DNA from: Vicugna vicugna
Taxonomy: Eukaryota
Length of the DNA stretch: 64,000 nucleotides
Assembly (NCBI GenBank): GCA_013265495.1
Contig: MU058337.1
Span: forward strand, 3,440,686-3,504,685
Direction: 5' to 3'
Shown: positions 52,705 to 64,000 of the stretch, piece by piece
Layout: every line of letters begins with the position of its first letter
How positions within the stretch are numbered: position 1 is the first letter of the stretch
Position numbers and translations under genes: made by a program
The notes under the pieces: model-generated
What the model saw: the letters and a program-made list of their open reading frames with translations, nothing else
Told to the model about the DNA's origin: nothing
Database searches by the model: none

Positions 52705-52925
52705 TTATTCATTTCATTCAGAAAGTTTTCATTCACAAATTCTGAACACTCATTGACTGTCATGTACTGTTGTAGGCCCTAGGAATATAGCAGGAAACCA
52801 TATAAGCAATACTCATGTCCCCACTGAACATGGATTCCAACCAAAATAAATCAGAATAAATGTGGTGTCTGGGACAGGCTGTGTCACACTGATCAGGAAG
52901 GCTCTGTCTCAGGAGGTGACTTTTT
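52705..52925 (-). mobile_element. L2 3' region
   Basis: TTCATTTCATTCAG...TACTGTTGTAGGCCCTAGGAATATAGCAG...TCAGGAAGGCTCTGTCTCAGGAGGTGAC. Confidence 0.7.
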
Positions 52926-53312
52926 ACAGCATGTGTGTTACAACAGTTTTATCTAAATTAGATTGCACATTTTATAGACATAGACAAGCATTACAATGCT
53001 GTGTGTACCTACCTTCCAATGTGTGTGCTTCTCCCTGTCTGTCTGCCACTCTCTCTCTCCCCCATTTATATACAAATATATATATATGGCATCAGAAACT
53101 TACGCAAATCAGTAAATTCCCATTACAGAACCTCTTCCTTGGACAACTAATTTGTCATCTCAACCACAAATGATGCCTACTCCGTCTATGACGAGCCAAT
53201 TATTGTGAGATGCCAATTATTTAAGAAGAGGAACAAAAACAGTTTCTACCTCAGAGTAGCTCACATTCCCAAGGGGAAGAAAGGTAAGTATCAGTTATAA
53301 AAAATTATCCTT

Positions 53313-53605
53313 AAAACAGAAATAGACTCATAGACATAGTAAACAATATTATGGTTATCAGGGAAAGGGTGGCAAGAGATAAATGTGGGAGTTTGAGATT
53401 TGCAAGCGTTAGCCATTATACGTAAAAACAGATTAAAAAAACAAGTTTCTTCTGTATAGCACAGGAAAGTATATTCAATATCTTGTAATAATCTTTAATG
53501 AAAAAGAATATGAAAATGAATGTATGTATGTATATGTATGACTGGGACATTGTGCTGTACATGAGAAATCGACACATTGTAACTGACTGTATAATAAAAA
53601 TAACT
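53313..53605 (+). mobile_element. 5'-truncated camelid/artiodactyl L1 3' UTR
   Basis: AAAACAGAAATAGACTCATAGACATAG...CTGTATAGCACAGG...GAAAAAGAATATGAAAATGAA...ACACATTGTAACTGACT followed by an A-rich tail. Confidence 0.92.
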
Positions 53606-53675
53606 AAAGAATGATAAAATTTCTTAGAAAGAAGACTTTTTAAAAAATATTTGCCTCCATTACTTTGTGTGTGAT

Positions 53676-53797
53676 TTTTTTTAACTGAAGTATAGTCAGT
53701 TATAATGTGTCAGTTTCTTGTGTACAACATAACGTTTCAATCATACATGTACATGCATAGATTCATTTTCATATTCTTTTCCATTATAGGTTACCAC
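53676..53797 (-). mobile_element. Short L1 3' end, same family, opposite orientation
   Basis: TTTTTTTAACTGAAGTATAGTCAGTTATAATGTGTCAGTTTC...TTTTCATATTCTTTTCCATTATAGGTTAC. Confidence 0.9.
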
Positions 53798-54107
53798 AGA
53801 AGACCCTAATTAAACTGAATACATTCATTGGTCATTCTGATTGGCTTTAATTGAAAGGCTATGTGACAAAAAGACTTCATTTATCACGCAGAATAAAATA
53901 AAAAAGAAATTTGGAGTTTAATGGGAAATCCAGAGGCACAGGGTGAAGTGGGTGAGACTGGCAGGCAGGGGACAAGGACATCAGCAGTGTCCTGTGGTGG
54001 CCTGGTAACTGAGGGGAGAGTCCTGGATAAGGACGGGAGGGCACGCCTGTCAATGGAAAGGTTTGACTGATGTGTTATCAACAGTCACTCTCCCAATTTT
54101 CTCTAGC

Positions 54108-54465
54108 TAGTTGTCCTCCAACTTGAGTGGCCATCAGAATCAGTTGCTGCGACACAGATTTGGGGGCCTATCCCCCCCACCCCGGGTGTCTGACTCAGAA
54201 CATCCAAGGTGGAGTCTGAGAATCTGCATCTTTAACCTGCTTAGAACGAACAAATGGACTTGCCCAAATTAGAAAATTCTTACAACTATTTTTTTTTAAT
54301 TTTACCAATAAATCGAAGTATTTATGGAAATGAGTAAAATGCACAGTGCTGCAAACAACATTTCCAGTCGTGCGGCACCAGGACCGCGTGCGCAGTAGCA
54401 ACAAGTGCAGGGTCCTGGCGGTGGGTGCTGCTAACCCAGGGGGCTCTGCTCCAGAACAAGCAAGA
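54108..54465 (+). mobile_element. MER5A hAT-Charlie element interrupted at ~54241-54412 by a duplicated genomic segment
   Basis: AACTTGAGTGGCCATCAGAATCA...ACACAGATT...TCTGACTCAG...TGAGAATCTGCATCTTTAAC, then the insert, then GGTGCTGCTAACCCAGGGG...AGAAC; follows the MER5A consensus. Confidence 0.8.
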
Positions 54466-55114
54466 TCTTGCTAGGGTCTGAAAGCTCTCCTGACTTCCCC
54501 CATTAATTTAAAGCCCTTTGTCTTTATTTTTAATTCTCCACCACAGATGTGTAGTCAGTCCATGCCATTCTGTTTTCTGTTACACTGATGCCTGATACAT
54601 TTCTTTGGAATTGTCCTTTAGCCATTTCACTTACATCTATATAGATACAGATCTTTCTTGATATATATTGATTTACTGTCTAGCACAACAGTTATCTAGA
54701 TTTAAGTGGGTAACATGATTAGAATATATATGAATATATATTATAGGTATAGGGAGAGGAAACACTTCTGTTACTCTTTTTGCTTCTTCTATTGTTCTTA
54801 ATTTACAGTAATAGATGCATTACATTATTAGTTTACAAAACTGTTTAGCCTGAAAACAAAGTAAACAGATAACTACTACATGATATACACTGGAAATTGA
54901 AATTAGGCACTCTGATTTGAAAAAACTTTCCTAAACCACCCTACCCTTTACTGACCTTTATGTGATGTCATTTCCCCTGAAATCCTGTCTCAATTTCATT
55001 ATTCCTATTTTAGGGTCAAGATATTAATCCAGTTTAGACCAGTTTTTTGTTTGTCTTGTTTTGTTCAGCTCATTTTTCTAACAAGACAAATGTAAACACC
55101 TGCCTGAGAATGGT

Positions 55115-55240
55115 CAATATTATTTAGAGAATGCCCGCGACTGCACTGTTTAGCTGAATCTCAACCACCCAAAGATGTAAGAAACCTTCTTATTTAGCAG
55201 ATGAGGAAACTGGAGGAAAAAAAGCACACTCAAGATTACA
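55115..55240 (-). mobile_element. MIR fragment
   Basis: TTTAGCAGATGAGGAAACTGGAGG is the reverse complement of the MIR core. Confidence 0.6.
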
Positions 55241-56674
55241 CAACCCTTCCAAATACCATATAATTAGCATTGTGATCTCTGCATAATCAACAGCTGAAAC
55301 ATGTTTGCTGCATTAAAAATAAATGGAGGGCATGAGTGCACAAAATTATGATTTAAATGTAAAACCTACTGGGGGAGTGGGTTGAGGAAACAACAAACTT
55401 GCTTTCAGTAGCTAAAGGTGAAATGGATGCTGGACCAGAAGGGGTGTGACGAAGACTTCACCATTTGGAAACATTCACTGAACACGCCGCTAAGGAAACT
55501 AGAGGTTTACATCAGCAGGAGACAGAAGAGAAGCAACACAAGACTCAGACCCTTTGTCTTCGTGATGTTGGTAGAACTTGTGCCTTTTTGAAGCGCTGCT
55601 TCACCGATATTACCCTGAAAACACTTAATATTAATATTAAGTATCTTTCTATGCAGTTTATTTCAGAGGTTATAGTTAAAATACGCAGCACTGGCAAATC
55701 GCTGACTCTGTGCCCTCCAGTATTTCAAGGGTTTAGAATTCTTTCTAAGTATATATACATTTTTAATTTTGCATAAACCTATCAATAGAAGCCTGAAGAT
55801 TGATATCAATGCATATTAACTGTGATGAAAATGTTGTTTAATCTTGAGATTATAAAGATAACACTGTTGTGTAGTCTTCAGACTGTTAAGACAGTGCTGT
55901 CTGTGCAAATGAGAAGCCTGACATTCTAATCTAGCGCGAAGTGGTAACCGGCATGATTTCTAAGTGGCCATTTGGTAGAAGATCCGTTTTTATACTACCT
56001 CTCCCTCACCATCAACCTTTACACATGTTATGCAAGGCAGTATCTCCCGAACAACCCTTCCTTCTACTTCACTTGCTTCATCTACATTTTAAGGAAACAA
56101 TATATATATATAAATAAATGCAACAATACAGAGACACCACAAAGTTAAATTTTGGCAGCAAAAGCAGGATTTCAGAAGAGTATTCAATTTGTGAAACTTC
56201 AATAATTTTTTTAAATGACAGCAGTATTCTCATGCTTTAAAGCACCTCAGGATTGGAAGGGACTCCAAAGACCATGTTATAACTTTTTGTTATCAATTTA
56301 TATACATAAATTTAAGTATAACTTTTTAGTTGAACTGTCCTCCACATGATTCTTAAACATTTCCAGCTTTGAGGATTCGTTGTCTGTCTTTTTAGAAATG
56401 TAATTATTGTCACCGCTGAAATCAATGGCCAAGTCAAACATGCATGTGAGTAAAATGAATGCAGTTTTCTTTTTGTTCAGTGGTAGACCTTCGCTATCAG
56501 TGCTCATTGTCCATTCGCCCCTTCTGTCCCCTAAAGGGTTCCTGATTTCAGGGTATCTACCCTTTGGTCCTAGCTTTCACCCACAGCCCTGGGGATGTAG
56601 ATGTCCCTAGAACTAATGCTAATTATAACACTTTTAAGAGTGAATGATTCAAGACATATGTCTTTAAAAAAATC

Positions 56675-57010
56675 TTTTTTTAAATTGAAGTATAGTCTGT
56701 TTACAATGTTGTGTTAATTTCTGGTGCACAGCATAGTGATTCAGTTACATATATATTCCTTTGCATATTCTTTTTCATTATAAGCTACTATAAGACACTG
56801 AATACAGTTCTCTGTGCTATACAGTACGACCTTGCTGTGATCTACTTTATGTGTATTAGTTAGTATCTGCAAATCCTGAACTCCCAAGTTTTCCTTCCCC
56901 TCCCCCCCGATAACCACAAGTTTGTTCTCTATGTCTGTGAAGCTGTTTCTGTTTTGCAAATAAATTCATTTTTCTTATTTCTTTAGATTCCTCATATAAG
57001 CCGATATCAA
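56675..57010 (-). mobile_element. 5'-truncated artiodactyl/camelid L1 3' UTR
   Basis: TTTTTTTAAATTGAAGTATAGTCTGTTTACAATGTTGTG...GATAACCACAAGTTTGTTCTCTATGTCTGTGA...TAGATTCCTCATATAAG. Confidence 0.92.
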
Positions 57011-58869
57011 GGCGTATCTCTTAACTCAGATGAGAACAAGCAGAGTTCTTCCGCGGATTTCTCACAAAGTTTGAGTTTGCTTTTTCCTGTTTACACTTCC
57101 ATAAGCAGCTCTGCCTCACACCTACTAAGCGCTACCTTTTACATGTGAGAGCGCCTTAGACATCAGGCTACCGGATGGAAAAATCAGGTGTCGGAAAGAA
57201 AGAGGAGCCTAGAAAACCGGGGTAACTCCTGCTAATCACTGCAGCAGTGAACTGCAGGTGATGGAAATAGAAATTCCATGTTTCTTTAAGCCAGTTTCAT
57301 GTGGGTGAGACAAATACAACCTTGTATGTTCCTGAAAAAAATAAAATGAAAGCATGTAAGATAGAAAACGTATCACACCATCATGCTGTAAGGCTGATTC
57401 TTTCTACAGAAAGCTTAAGGTCAAATTGCCAGTGACACACGAACTGACACAGTTCTTCTGACATTTTGTTCATGTTCTGCAAATCTGTTCCTCTTATTCA
57501 CAATTAGGTACAAGATACACTGGTTTAAGTTCACTGAGCATCCAATTGAGATGAAAGATTCCTGGCGTTACTTTGCCCAATAATTCCCAACTCTGGCTCG
57601 TTTATATTATATTTATGAGACTCCCAACTGAATCAGCACTTCAGTTTTGTTTATTTCATTGTAAAGAAAAAAGTAAATACTTTGGAAGTATTCTGAAACT
57701 GAGCAAACCTGTTAAATAGCTAAAAAGAGAATACTGCAAAAATTGGACCCTGGGATCTTTTATGCAGTAGGTGTACAGAGTTAAATGCGCATGTGGACAT
57801 CAGTAGATAAATCCACTCACTGAGAGCAAAGAGGGTACATTCGTTTACACCCTGCTAGTGTATCCTACATGCCTCTGCTTTTGCCTAAAGTCTAGAAGCC
57901 ACTCAAGATGTATTTGTTTAAAGAATAAATGATTATCCAAAGCCCCGATTAAAACATTTAATGTCCCTCGCCAGGACTAAAGATAGTCTTCGTCTTAATA
58001 GAGAACACCCGAATAGTGTGAACGTTCCATAGGACTGCTCCACTTGGGTTTTTACGGTTCTGCAGTGAGAAATATCAGAAACGTTCCTAAAGCAAGAGTT
58101 CCATCAGTGCGGCGCAATACCCAAATATTTACTTAAGCCCTTCAACTATTTGGACTAAAAACATTTTCTGAAATGAGCTGGACTGAGCAGAACGTGAATG
58201 AAAACCTCTGCTTCTTACCCCCACTCCTGCCCTTAGTGTCTTCCCTGGCCTCGTCCGTTACCCTCTGCTCAGCGACGTCTCTAATAGGACCACGGGGTGA
58301 AGTCTCACAGGCACTCTCACAAAGTTAAACCTCCTCACCTCCCTTTGAGCACAAAGCATCCACATCACGTGTGTCGGTCTGAACTAGTGGAAAATTCAAA
58401 ACGCATGACTCTTACTCTGCATGCGCTGTTTAAGCAGGGCAGCCCCCTGAGGAAATGTGGGTAATGTCTCCCTTTTTCTTTACTTGCCTCCTCCCATAGC
58501 CCCCTCGACAGCCCGTTCCCAACCCCCCCACGTGGGAGACTAGAGCAGAGAAGTTGGGAAGTGAACTTTCCCAACTTTCATCACAGCAGCGCTCCTGCCC
58601 CCGGTGCCTTCGGGAGTGGTGGGTGTGGAGGGTGTGGAGTGCTGACCCCTCATTTCATGGGCTGTTTGGGTGTGTCACTTAGATGTCTCCCACTGGAAAT
58701 TTTGAGATTAGTACCAGAATTTGGCTTAGGCTGTGTGATTCCTCCAGATCCCCCATTTCAAGGAAAAGCACCCAATAATCTAAGTGGCAGACGTCATAAT
58801 CGGTTCACCCTCAAATTCCCCCTTTTACCTCATCCCATATCAAATTGACCACAACATTCTCTCATCTCC

Positions 58870-59330
58870 GGCTCTTATAATTTGTATTCCACTATTATAT
58901 AATAGCCCTCATCTTCCTGTGATTAAATCTTTTCCTCAAGTATTTTTCAGTCTAATACAAATATTGCTGTGCCAGATTTAAGTCATTCTAACAATATTTT
59001 TATCCTTTTCTTTGAAGATTTTCATATCTTTATATGTATCTGATTTGCTAGTAAACAATCCAGATTTCATTTTAATTAAATATGACTATTTAGGTCTTGT
59101 CAAGTTTATTTCATTTATGATGATGGTGATGGGTATATCTGAGTTATTTTTAAATCATAAAACTTACGTTATTTTGCATTTCCAACTTAACCCTCCGTAC
59201 TTTATTCAGTTATTTTTGTCTTTATCCTCTTACTATTGTATTGACTAATTTTTTATTTTTATTGCCACATTGCTAGCTGAAAACTTTACATTCTGTAATT
59301 TCAATGATTATTCTGTTGTCTATGTGCGTC
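58870..59330 (-). mobile_element. Old L1 fragment (start of ORF2 / inter-ORF region)
   Basis: TCTAATACAAATATTGCTGTGCCAG...TATTTTTATCCTTTTCTTT...TTTATTTCATTTA resembles the reverse complement of the L1M endonuclease 5' part. Confidence 0.5.
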
Positions 59331-59474
59331 TTGATTTGAGAACACCTTTATTCAAGTAACATTTGTGTCTAAAGAAGTAGTCCGAACTTCAGCCTCGTAA
59401 CATACATAATTTCCCTTCCTAGAACCATGTGATGCTACGTTAAATATTTTTGTTCATCGTTTATTTCATCCCAC

Positions 59475-59578
59475 GAGAGTGTAAGTTCCAGAAATTTCAT
59501 CTGACATCATCATTGCGTATTCCCAGCACCTAGGCATATTCTAGGCACCCAATAGGTAGATTTTAAATAAATGCTTAG
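59475..59578 (+). mobile_element. L2 3' end
   Basis: GTGTAAGTTCCA...GTATTCCCAGCACCTAG...TAGGCAC...AATAAATGCTT. Confidence 0.65.
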
Positions 59579-60103
59579 GAAAAACTGCTTCCATAAAAGT
59601 AGCATCATCATGAAGACTGAGCTGTACAACTCAACAGACGTTCCTCTTCCTTCCATTTCCAGGTAAATGCAGCTGGAACATTGGTTCATGTGGTTTGATG
59701 GCAGAAATGAAGAGGAGAAAAACGGTACAATTATAATTTAATTGTTCTTTTTTTTTTTTATCTTCGAGTGGCCAGATGTTCTATGTATAACAATAGGCTG
59801 AAACACAAACTTTTATCATGTCCTTTGGAACGAAATTAATCTCAGTGATTTTTAAATATATTCCATTTAACAAATACTGACCTGATACTTGACCTATCCC
59901 ATACAGTCTAAGATCTTCTGGGCTCAGCAATGAGTAAGATGCTGTGATTGACTTTGAGGTGTGTATCTTCTAGGAGGGAACATGAACCTGTAGACTCTGG
60001 TTTCAGTTGCTCCCTATCTCTGCCCTTTGGTGTTATGGGCTGTGAAGACCATTAACTGGATCTCAGAAATGGTTTTGAAGCTGCCTTGCAAAACTCTTCT
60101 TGA

Positions 60104-60400
60104 CTATACATATGAACTCGTTGTTTGTCTATATATATTAGTTAGTATCTGCAAATCTTAAACTTACAATTTATCCCTTCCCACGCCCTTCCTCTCCTGG
60201 CAACCATGTTTGTGAGTCTGTTTCTGTATAGCATAGCAAATTATATTCAGTATCTTGTAGTAACCTATGGTGAAAAAGAATATGAAAACAAATATATGTA
60301 TGTTCATGTATGACTGAAGCACTGTGCTGTACACCAGAAGTTGACACAACATTGTAAACTGATTCTACTTCAATAAACACACACGTACACACACACAAAA
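60104..60400 (+). mobile_element. L1 3' end with 5' inversion (twin priming)
   Basis: 60104-60227 is antisense L1 3' UTR. 60221-60377 is the immediately adjacent sense L1 3' UTR ending CTTCAATAAA. The tail has converted to (CA)n. Confidence 0.9.
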
Positions 60401-60404
60401 ACAC

Positions 60405-60758
60405 TGTATAGACTCCATGTTTGTGTCCCTGCGAAATTCATGTTGAAACTGGACCTCCATTGTGATGATATTTGGAGGCGAGTCCTTTGGGAGGTGATTA
60501 GGTCCTGATGGTGGAGTCCTCATGAATGGGATTAGTGTCCTATAAAAGGGGCCTCACAGAGCTCCCCCATATCCTCCAACACGTGAGGTTACAGTGAAAG
60601 ACAGCCATCCATGAATCAGGAAAAGGGTCCTCATAGACGCCTAGTCCTCCAGTGTCTTGGACTTCCCAGACCCCAAACTGTGAGAAAGACATTTCTGTTG
60701 GTCAAAAGCCACCCAGTCTATGGTGATTTTGTTACAGCAGTGGAAATGCACTAAAACC
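60405..60758 (+). mobile_element. MLT1A-like MaLR solo LTR
   Basis: TGTATAGACTCCATGTTTGTGTCCC...CCTTTGGGAGGTGATTAGGTC...CCTCATGAATGGGATTAGTG...AAGCCACCCAGTCTATGGT..TTTTGTTACAGCAG. Confidence 0.92.
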
Positions 60759-60799
60759 ACCTCCCACAATAAACTTGGCCTCATTCATTTTACCACTGG

Positions 60800-61190
60800 G
60801 GTAGAGCACTCGCTCCTATGACTTCAGCGTCTTACAACTCTCTGCTCTTTGGTTGAAAAACTCCTCCATAAAGGTTATAACTTCCTTCACCCTGTTTTCA
60901 TGGGCTTCTCCTCTTGGTCACAGAGGCCTTCCCTGATCACTCTCTCTGACAGTTCATCCTTTCTCCTCATCGCTGCCCTGCCTCATTCTCTAATACCCAT
61001 TTCATTACCTGAAAGTATGCCTCATAGTCACGTCCTTGTTTATCCGTAAGCTGTCAGAGTCCCCAGTGGAGTAAGTCTCATGAAAGCAGACCCCCCCCTT
61101 CTCTCTCGGCCAATCTCGTGATCTTAGTGGCCAGAGTGGTGCTTGGTATATAGGAGACATTCACTGTATGTGTTAAATGAATAAATAAGA
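60800..61190 (+). mobile_element. L2 3' region
   Basis: CAGAGGCCTTCCCTGATCAC...GTAAGTCTCATGAAAGCAG...GTGCTTGGTATATAGGAGACATTCA...TTAAATGAATAAAT. Confidence 0.75.
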
Positions 61191-62017
61191 AATCTAAAAT
61201 TTGTAACAATTCTATAATAATAACTAAAGTTTTATGGTGTGTACATAAACTGAATGTTTTGGGAAGCTGTTAGAAAAAATAAGCTCACCAAAGCAAATAT
61301 TTACTCTTTATTGCATTTTATTAAACACTCTGGAGTTAAGCAAAATAGAACGTGGAAATGGCGCTGGAGGCCAAAGCACATAGTATATTTGGCCTGAGGG
61401 ATTATGGCCAGAGAGCACTCTTGTCTATTCATTTCAAGACAGGATCCCCAGACTTTGTTCTCTACTCTCGGGACCCTTTAAAAGTTCAGAAATGTTTTAA
61501 AGTTTCAGTATGTTTTGAAGGTGGTTTTGAGGTTTCCTTTTTCCGTATATTCAACACACTTTTATATTCTATCTGGAACCATGACTTAAATTATTTCAAT
61601 ACCACTAGTGTATTGAATAGAAAGAAGTTTGGCTAATTTTGACAGATTGCCGTTAAATTATGCAGACATAAGGAAAATTAGACACCACACTTTTCATCCC
61701 CATATCAGCTAAAGCTCTCCTTCTATGTCAAGTAGCACTTCCAAACACAAAATTAGTGGGTTTTATAATAGATAACATTCCAGGAACTTTTAAGTTTCAT
61801 CATTGATTTTTCACAAATAGTTATTTATTTTAAATATTAATAAACGGTTAATTGCATTTGCACTTCCAAATGGTTTTAAAACTAAAACAAACCAATAAGC
61901 CAAATGATTAGACGGTATCAGAATATTCAAGCGTGAATATTTAATCGACAGAAGAAGACATTCAACAAGCTAACAGACATAATATGTAAGCTTGGTGGCC
62001 AACGTCATGCAAATTAC

Positions 62018-62245
62018 AATAATAGGTAACATTTATTGAAAGGATATTGTGTGTCAGACATGAGTCTAAGAGCTTGGCATGAATTAACTAATTTGATCAT
62101 CACAATGATCCTATTGAAATAGCATCTTTATCATTATCAGCTCAATTTTATCAGTGAGGAGCTCATGAGTGAAAGTGGTGAAGCTTGTATATGAAACCAA
62201 GATATGTCGGTCTCAGAGATCTGACCCAGCGCACAATTCTGCCCC
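62018..62245 (-). mobile_element. MIR SINE
   Basis: AATAATAGGTAACATTTATTGA...TGTGTCAGACA...TTTGATCATCACAATGATCCTAT...ATTTTATCAGTGAGGA is the reverse complement of MIR. Confidence 0.8.
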
Positions 62246-62289
62246 ATCCAACCCGATCTACTTCTGTCTGTTTGCATACATGTCCTTAT

Positions 62290-63010
62290 AGATCTAGCCA
62301 TTTGTTTACTATACAATTGCACAAGTGAACTTTTGCATTTATCTCAGAGAAAGGCAAACACTTACCAAAAATCTCATGCTTAGATCTGTTGGTAAGAGAC
62401 AAAAACTGAGAACAACCAAAATTTCTCTTCATAGGTGAATGGCTAATGAAACTGTGGCACATACGTACCATGGAATATAGCACTAAAAAGCAATGAATTA
62501 TTGATACACGACTTGGATGGCTCTTTCGAGGACATTTTTTTGTGTGTGAAAAGCTAATTGCAAAAGGCATATTTGAATCATACAGTATGACTGCACTTCT
62601 ATAACATTCTCCAACTGACAAAAATTATACACACAGGAAAGAGACTAGTGGTTGCCAGAAGCCGGGGGATGGTGATGGAAGGGTAACCTGAGGAAGCCTT
62701 AGCGGGAGGGACAGTTTTATGTCTTGATTGGGGTGATGTTACAGGAGTCTACCCACGTGATAAAACTGCACAGAACTCCACACACACTGCCACCTGCCCC
62801 AACACACACATAAACAAGCACATATAAAACTGGTGAAAGCTGAATAAACTCTGCATGTGGTACCGAAGTCAGTAGGCTGGTGTTGACCTTGTGTGATGGC
62901 TATGCAGGATATGTCTATTGGAGGAGTTGCGTGAAGGGTATGAGGGACCACCATCTACATAGTTTTGCAACTTCCTGTGAATCTATAGGTATTTAAAAGG
63001 AAAAAGGTAA
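62290..63010 (+). mobile_element. L1MD/L1MC-type 3' end
   Basis: TAGGTGAATGG..AAACTGTGG...CCATGGAATA...TAGTGGTTGCCAG...TAAAACTGGTGAAA.CTGAATAA...TTTTGCAACTTCCTGTGAATCTATA. Confidence 0.85.
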
Positions 63011-63024
63011 GAAAAAAATGCTGA

Positions 63025-63180
63025 ATCTGTGTGACTTGGCCCTCAAATTCCAACTTGTATTTAGTCACTTAACCTCTTTAGGCCTTTCTATCAATAAATA
63101 GGGGGAAAAAGTATTTCCCTTTGTAGGAACATTGCTGATTTGCCAAAATATATGAAATATTATACATGAAAGCACTTTAT
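63025..63180 (+). mobile_element. MIR fragment
   Basis: AGTCACTTAACCTCTTTAGGCCT...ATACATGAAAGCACTTT. Confidence 0.55.
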
Positions 63181-63440
63181 CTCTTTGAAGGTGGGGGAGC
63201 TATCTATGACAGACGATCTTGGCCCAATCTTTCCCACAGTCATTTTTCTGCTGTACAAAGACAAGTGATATTCTTACGGAAACTCTAACACAGTATGCTT
63301 TACAAGGCAATGAGTTCAATTAATTTATATAAATTTAGAGGATAAAGTCCATGAACAGAAACAATCTAAAATCCATTTCACTCTGCCCCCAAAGATGATT
63401 CCCTTCATAACGATGGCCCCTTTAATTATCAACACTCAGA

Positions 63441-63528
63441 GGGGATGGTATAGCTCAGTGGTAGAGCACATGCTTAGCATGCATAAGGTCCTGGGTTCAA
63501 TCCCCAGTGCTTCCATTAAAAAAAATAA
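63441..63528 (+). mobile_element. Young tRNA-Ala(AGC)-derived camelid SINE (Vic-1 type)
   Basis: GGGGATGGTATAGCTCAGTGGTAGAGCACATGCTTAGCATGCATAAGGTCCTGGGTTCAATCCCCAGTGCTTCCA plus an A tail. Intact A box (TAGCTCAGTGG) and B box (GGTTCAATCCC). Perfect 16-bp TSD TAATTATCAACACTCA at 63423-63438 and 63529-63544. Confidence 0.93.
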
Positions 63529-64000
63529 TAATTATCAACACTCAAAGAGTGCTTTCAGGAGCAAACAGTGTACAATGTTTGAACTAGAATGCATTAAAAA
63601 ATCCCAGTTAATTCAATGTGCCTCTCACAATCATGCAGTAGTAATATTTTTATAGTGAAATTACTGCTACAGTTGATATTGTGTCCATGACAACATATTT
63701 ACCACAAACAAGACAAAGAGTTTTAGATGATAATTTTCACCCAGGAGGCTTCAAAGGGATCTTTCTGAATATGTGCTTCTGCTCGTGGAGTCCCAGTGGC
63801 TTCCAAGGGAAAGATACAAATACATTAAATTATAAGCCCAGGATTTTCTTTTTTCTTAATGGCATTTACCAAGAGGCAGGACAGTAGTCAAGATTTATAT
63901 TTATAACTGAAGTGTGTTAGTATAATATGAATTAAAGCTTATCTGACTAAAAATATATGTACAAGTATGTAAACATGAACATTTAACCAGACATTAAGTG

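Noticed and set aside
59663..59724. Plus-strand exon candidate (TTCCATTTCCAG|GTAAATGC...ACG|GTACAA)
   Set aside because: The donor is weak, the peptide is unrecognised, and there are no partner exons.
63441..63516. tRNA-Ala(AGC) gene
   Set aside because: The acceptor stem is disrupted, and an A tail, a 16-bp TSD and two more copies in the window show it is a SINE.
1..64000. ORF-track entries as protein-coding genes
   Set aside because: All are 141 aa or shorter, many start at TTG/GTG, none resembles a protein I recognise except decayed LINE products, and no consistent chain of in-frame exons could be built.
1..64000. CRISPR array, operon or prokaryotic defence system; CpG-island promoter
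   Set aside because: The sequence is mammalian and repeat-laden, with no regularly spaced repeat-spacer array and no CpG island.

Overview
This is AT-rich mammalian DNA, either intronic or intergenic. It is most likely from a camelid, based on three copies of a short tRNA-Ala-derived SINE of the Vic-1 type and artiodactyl-type L1 3' ends. I can support no protein-coding gene. The ORF track is short chance ORFs plus decayed LINE remnants (L1/HAL1 ORF1, L1 ORF2, L2 and CR1/L3 reverse transcriptase). Recognisable content is interspersed repeats (L1 of several ages, HAL1, L2, L3, MIR, MaLR/ERVL solo LTRs, and MER58A, MER5A and Tigger5/MER47-type DNA transposons) plus microsatellites. Repeat subfamily names come from my recollection of consensus sequences and need RepeatMasker/Dfam confirmation; boundaries are approximate unless target-site duplications (TSDs) are cited. 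Five structures stand out: (1) an old ~400 bp local duplication of apparently unique DNA (~19.7/21.4 kb), whose second copy looks like a short terminal exon; (2) a ~180 bp templated copy inserted into a MER5A, with strong CpG/GC asymmetry between copies; (3) a twin-primed, 5'-inverted L1; (4) a template-switch hairpin at an MLT1C end; (5) several well-formed but non-coding exon candidates. I found no evidence of a novel multi-gene system.
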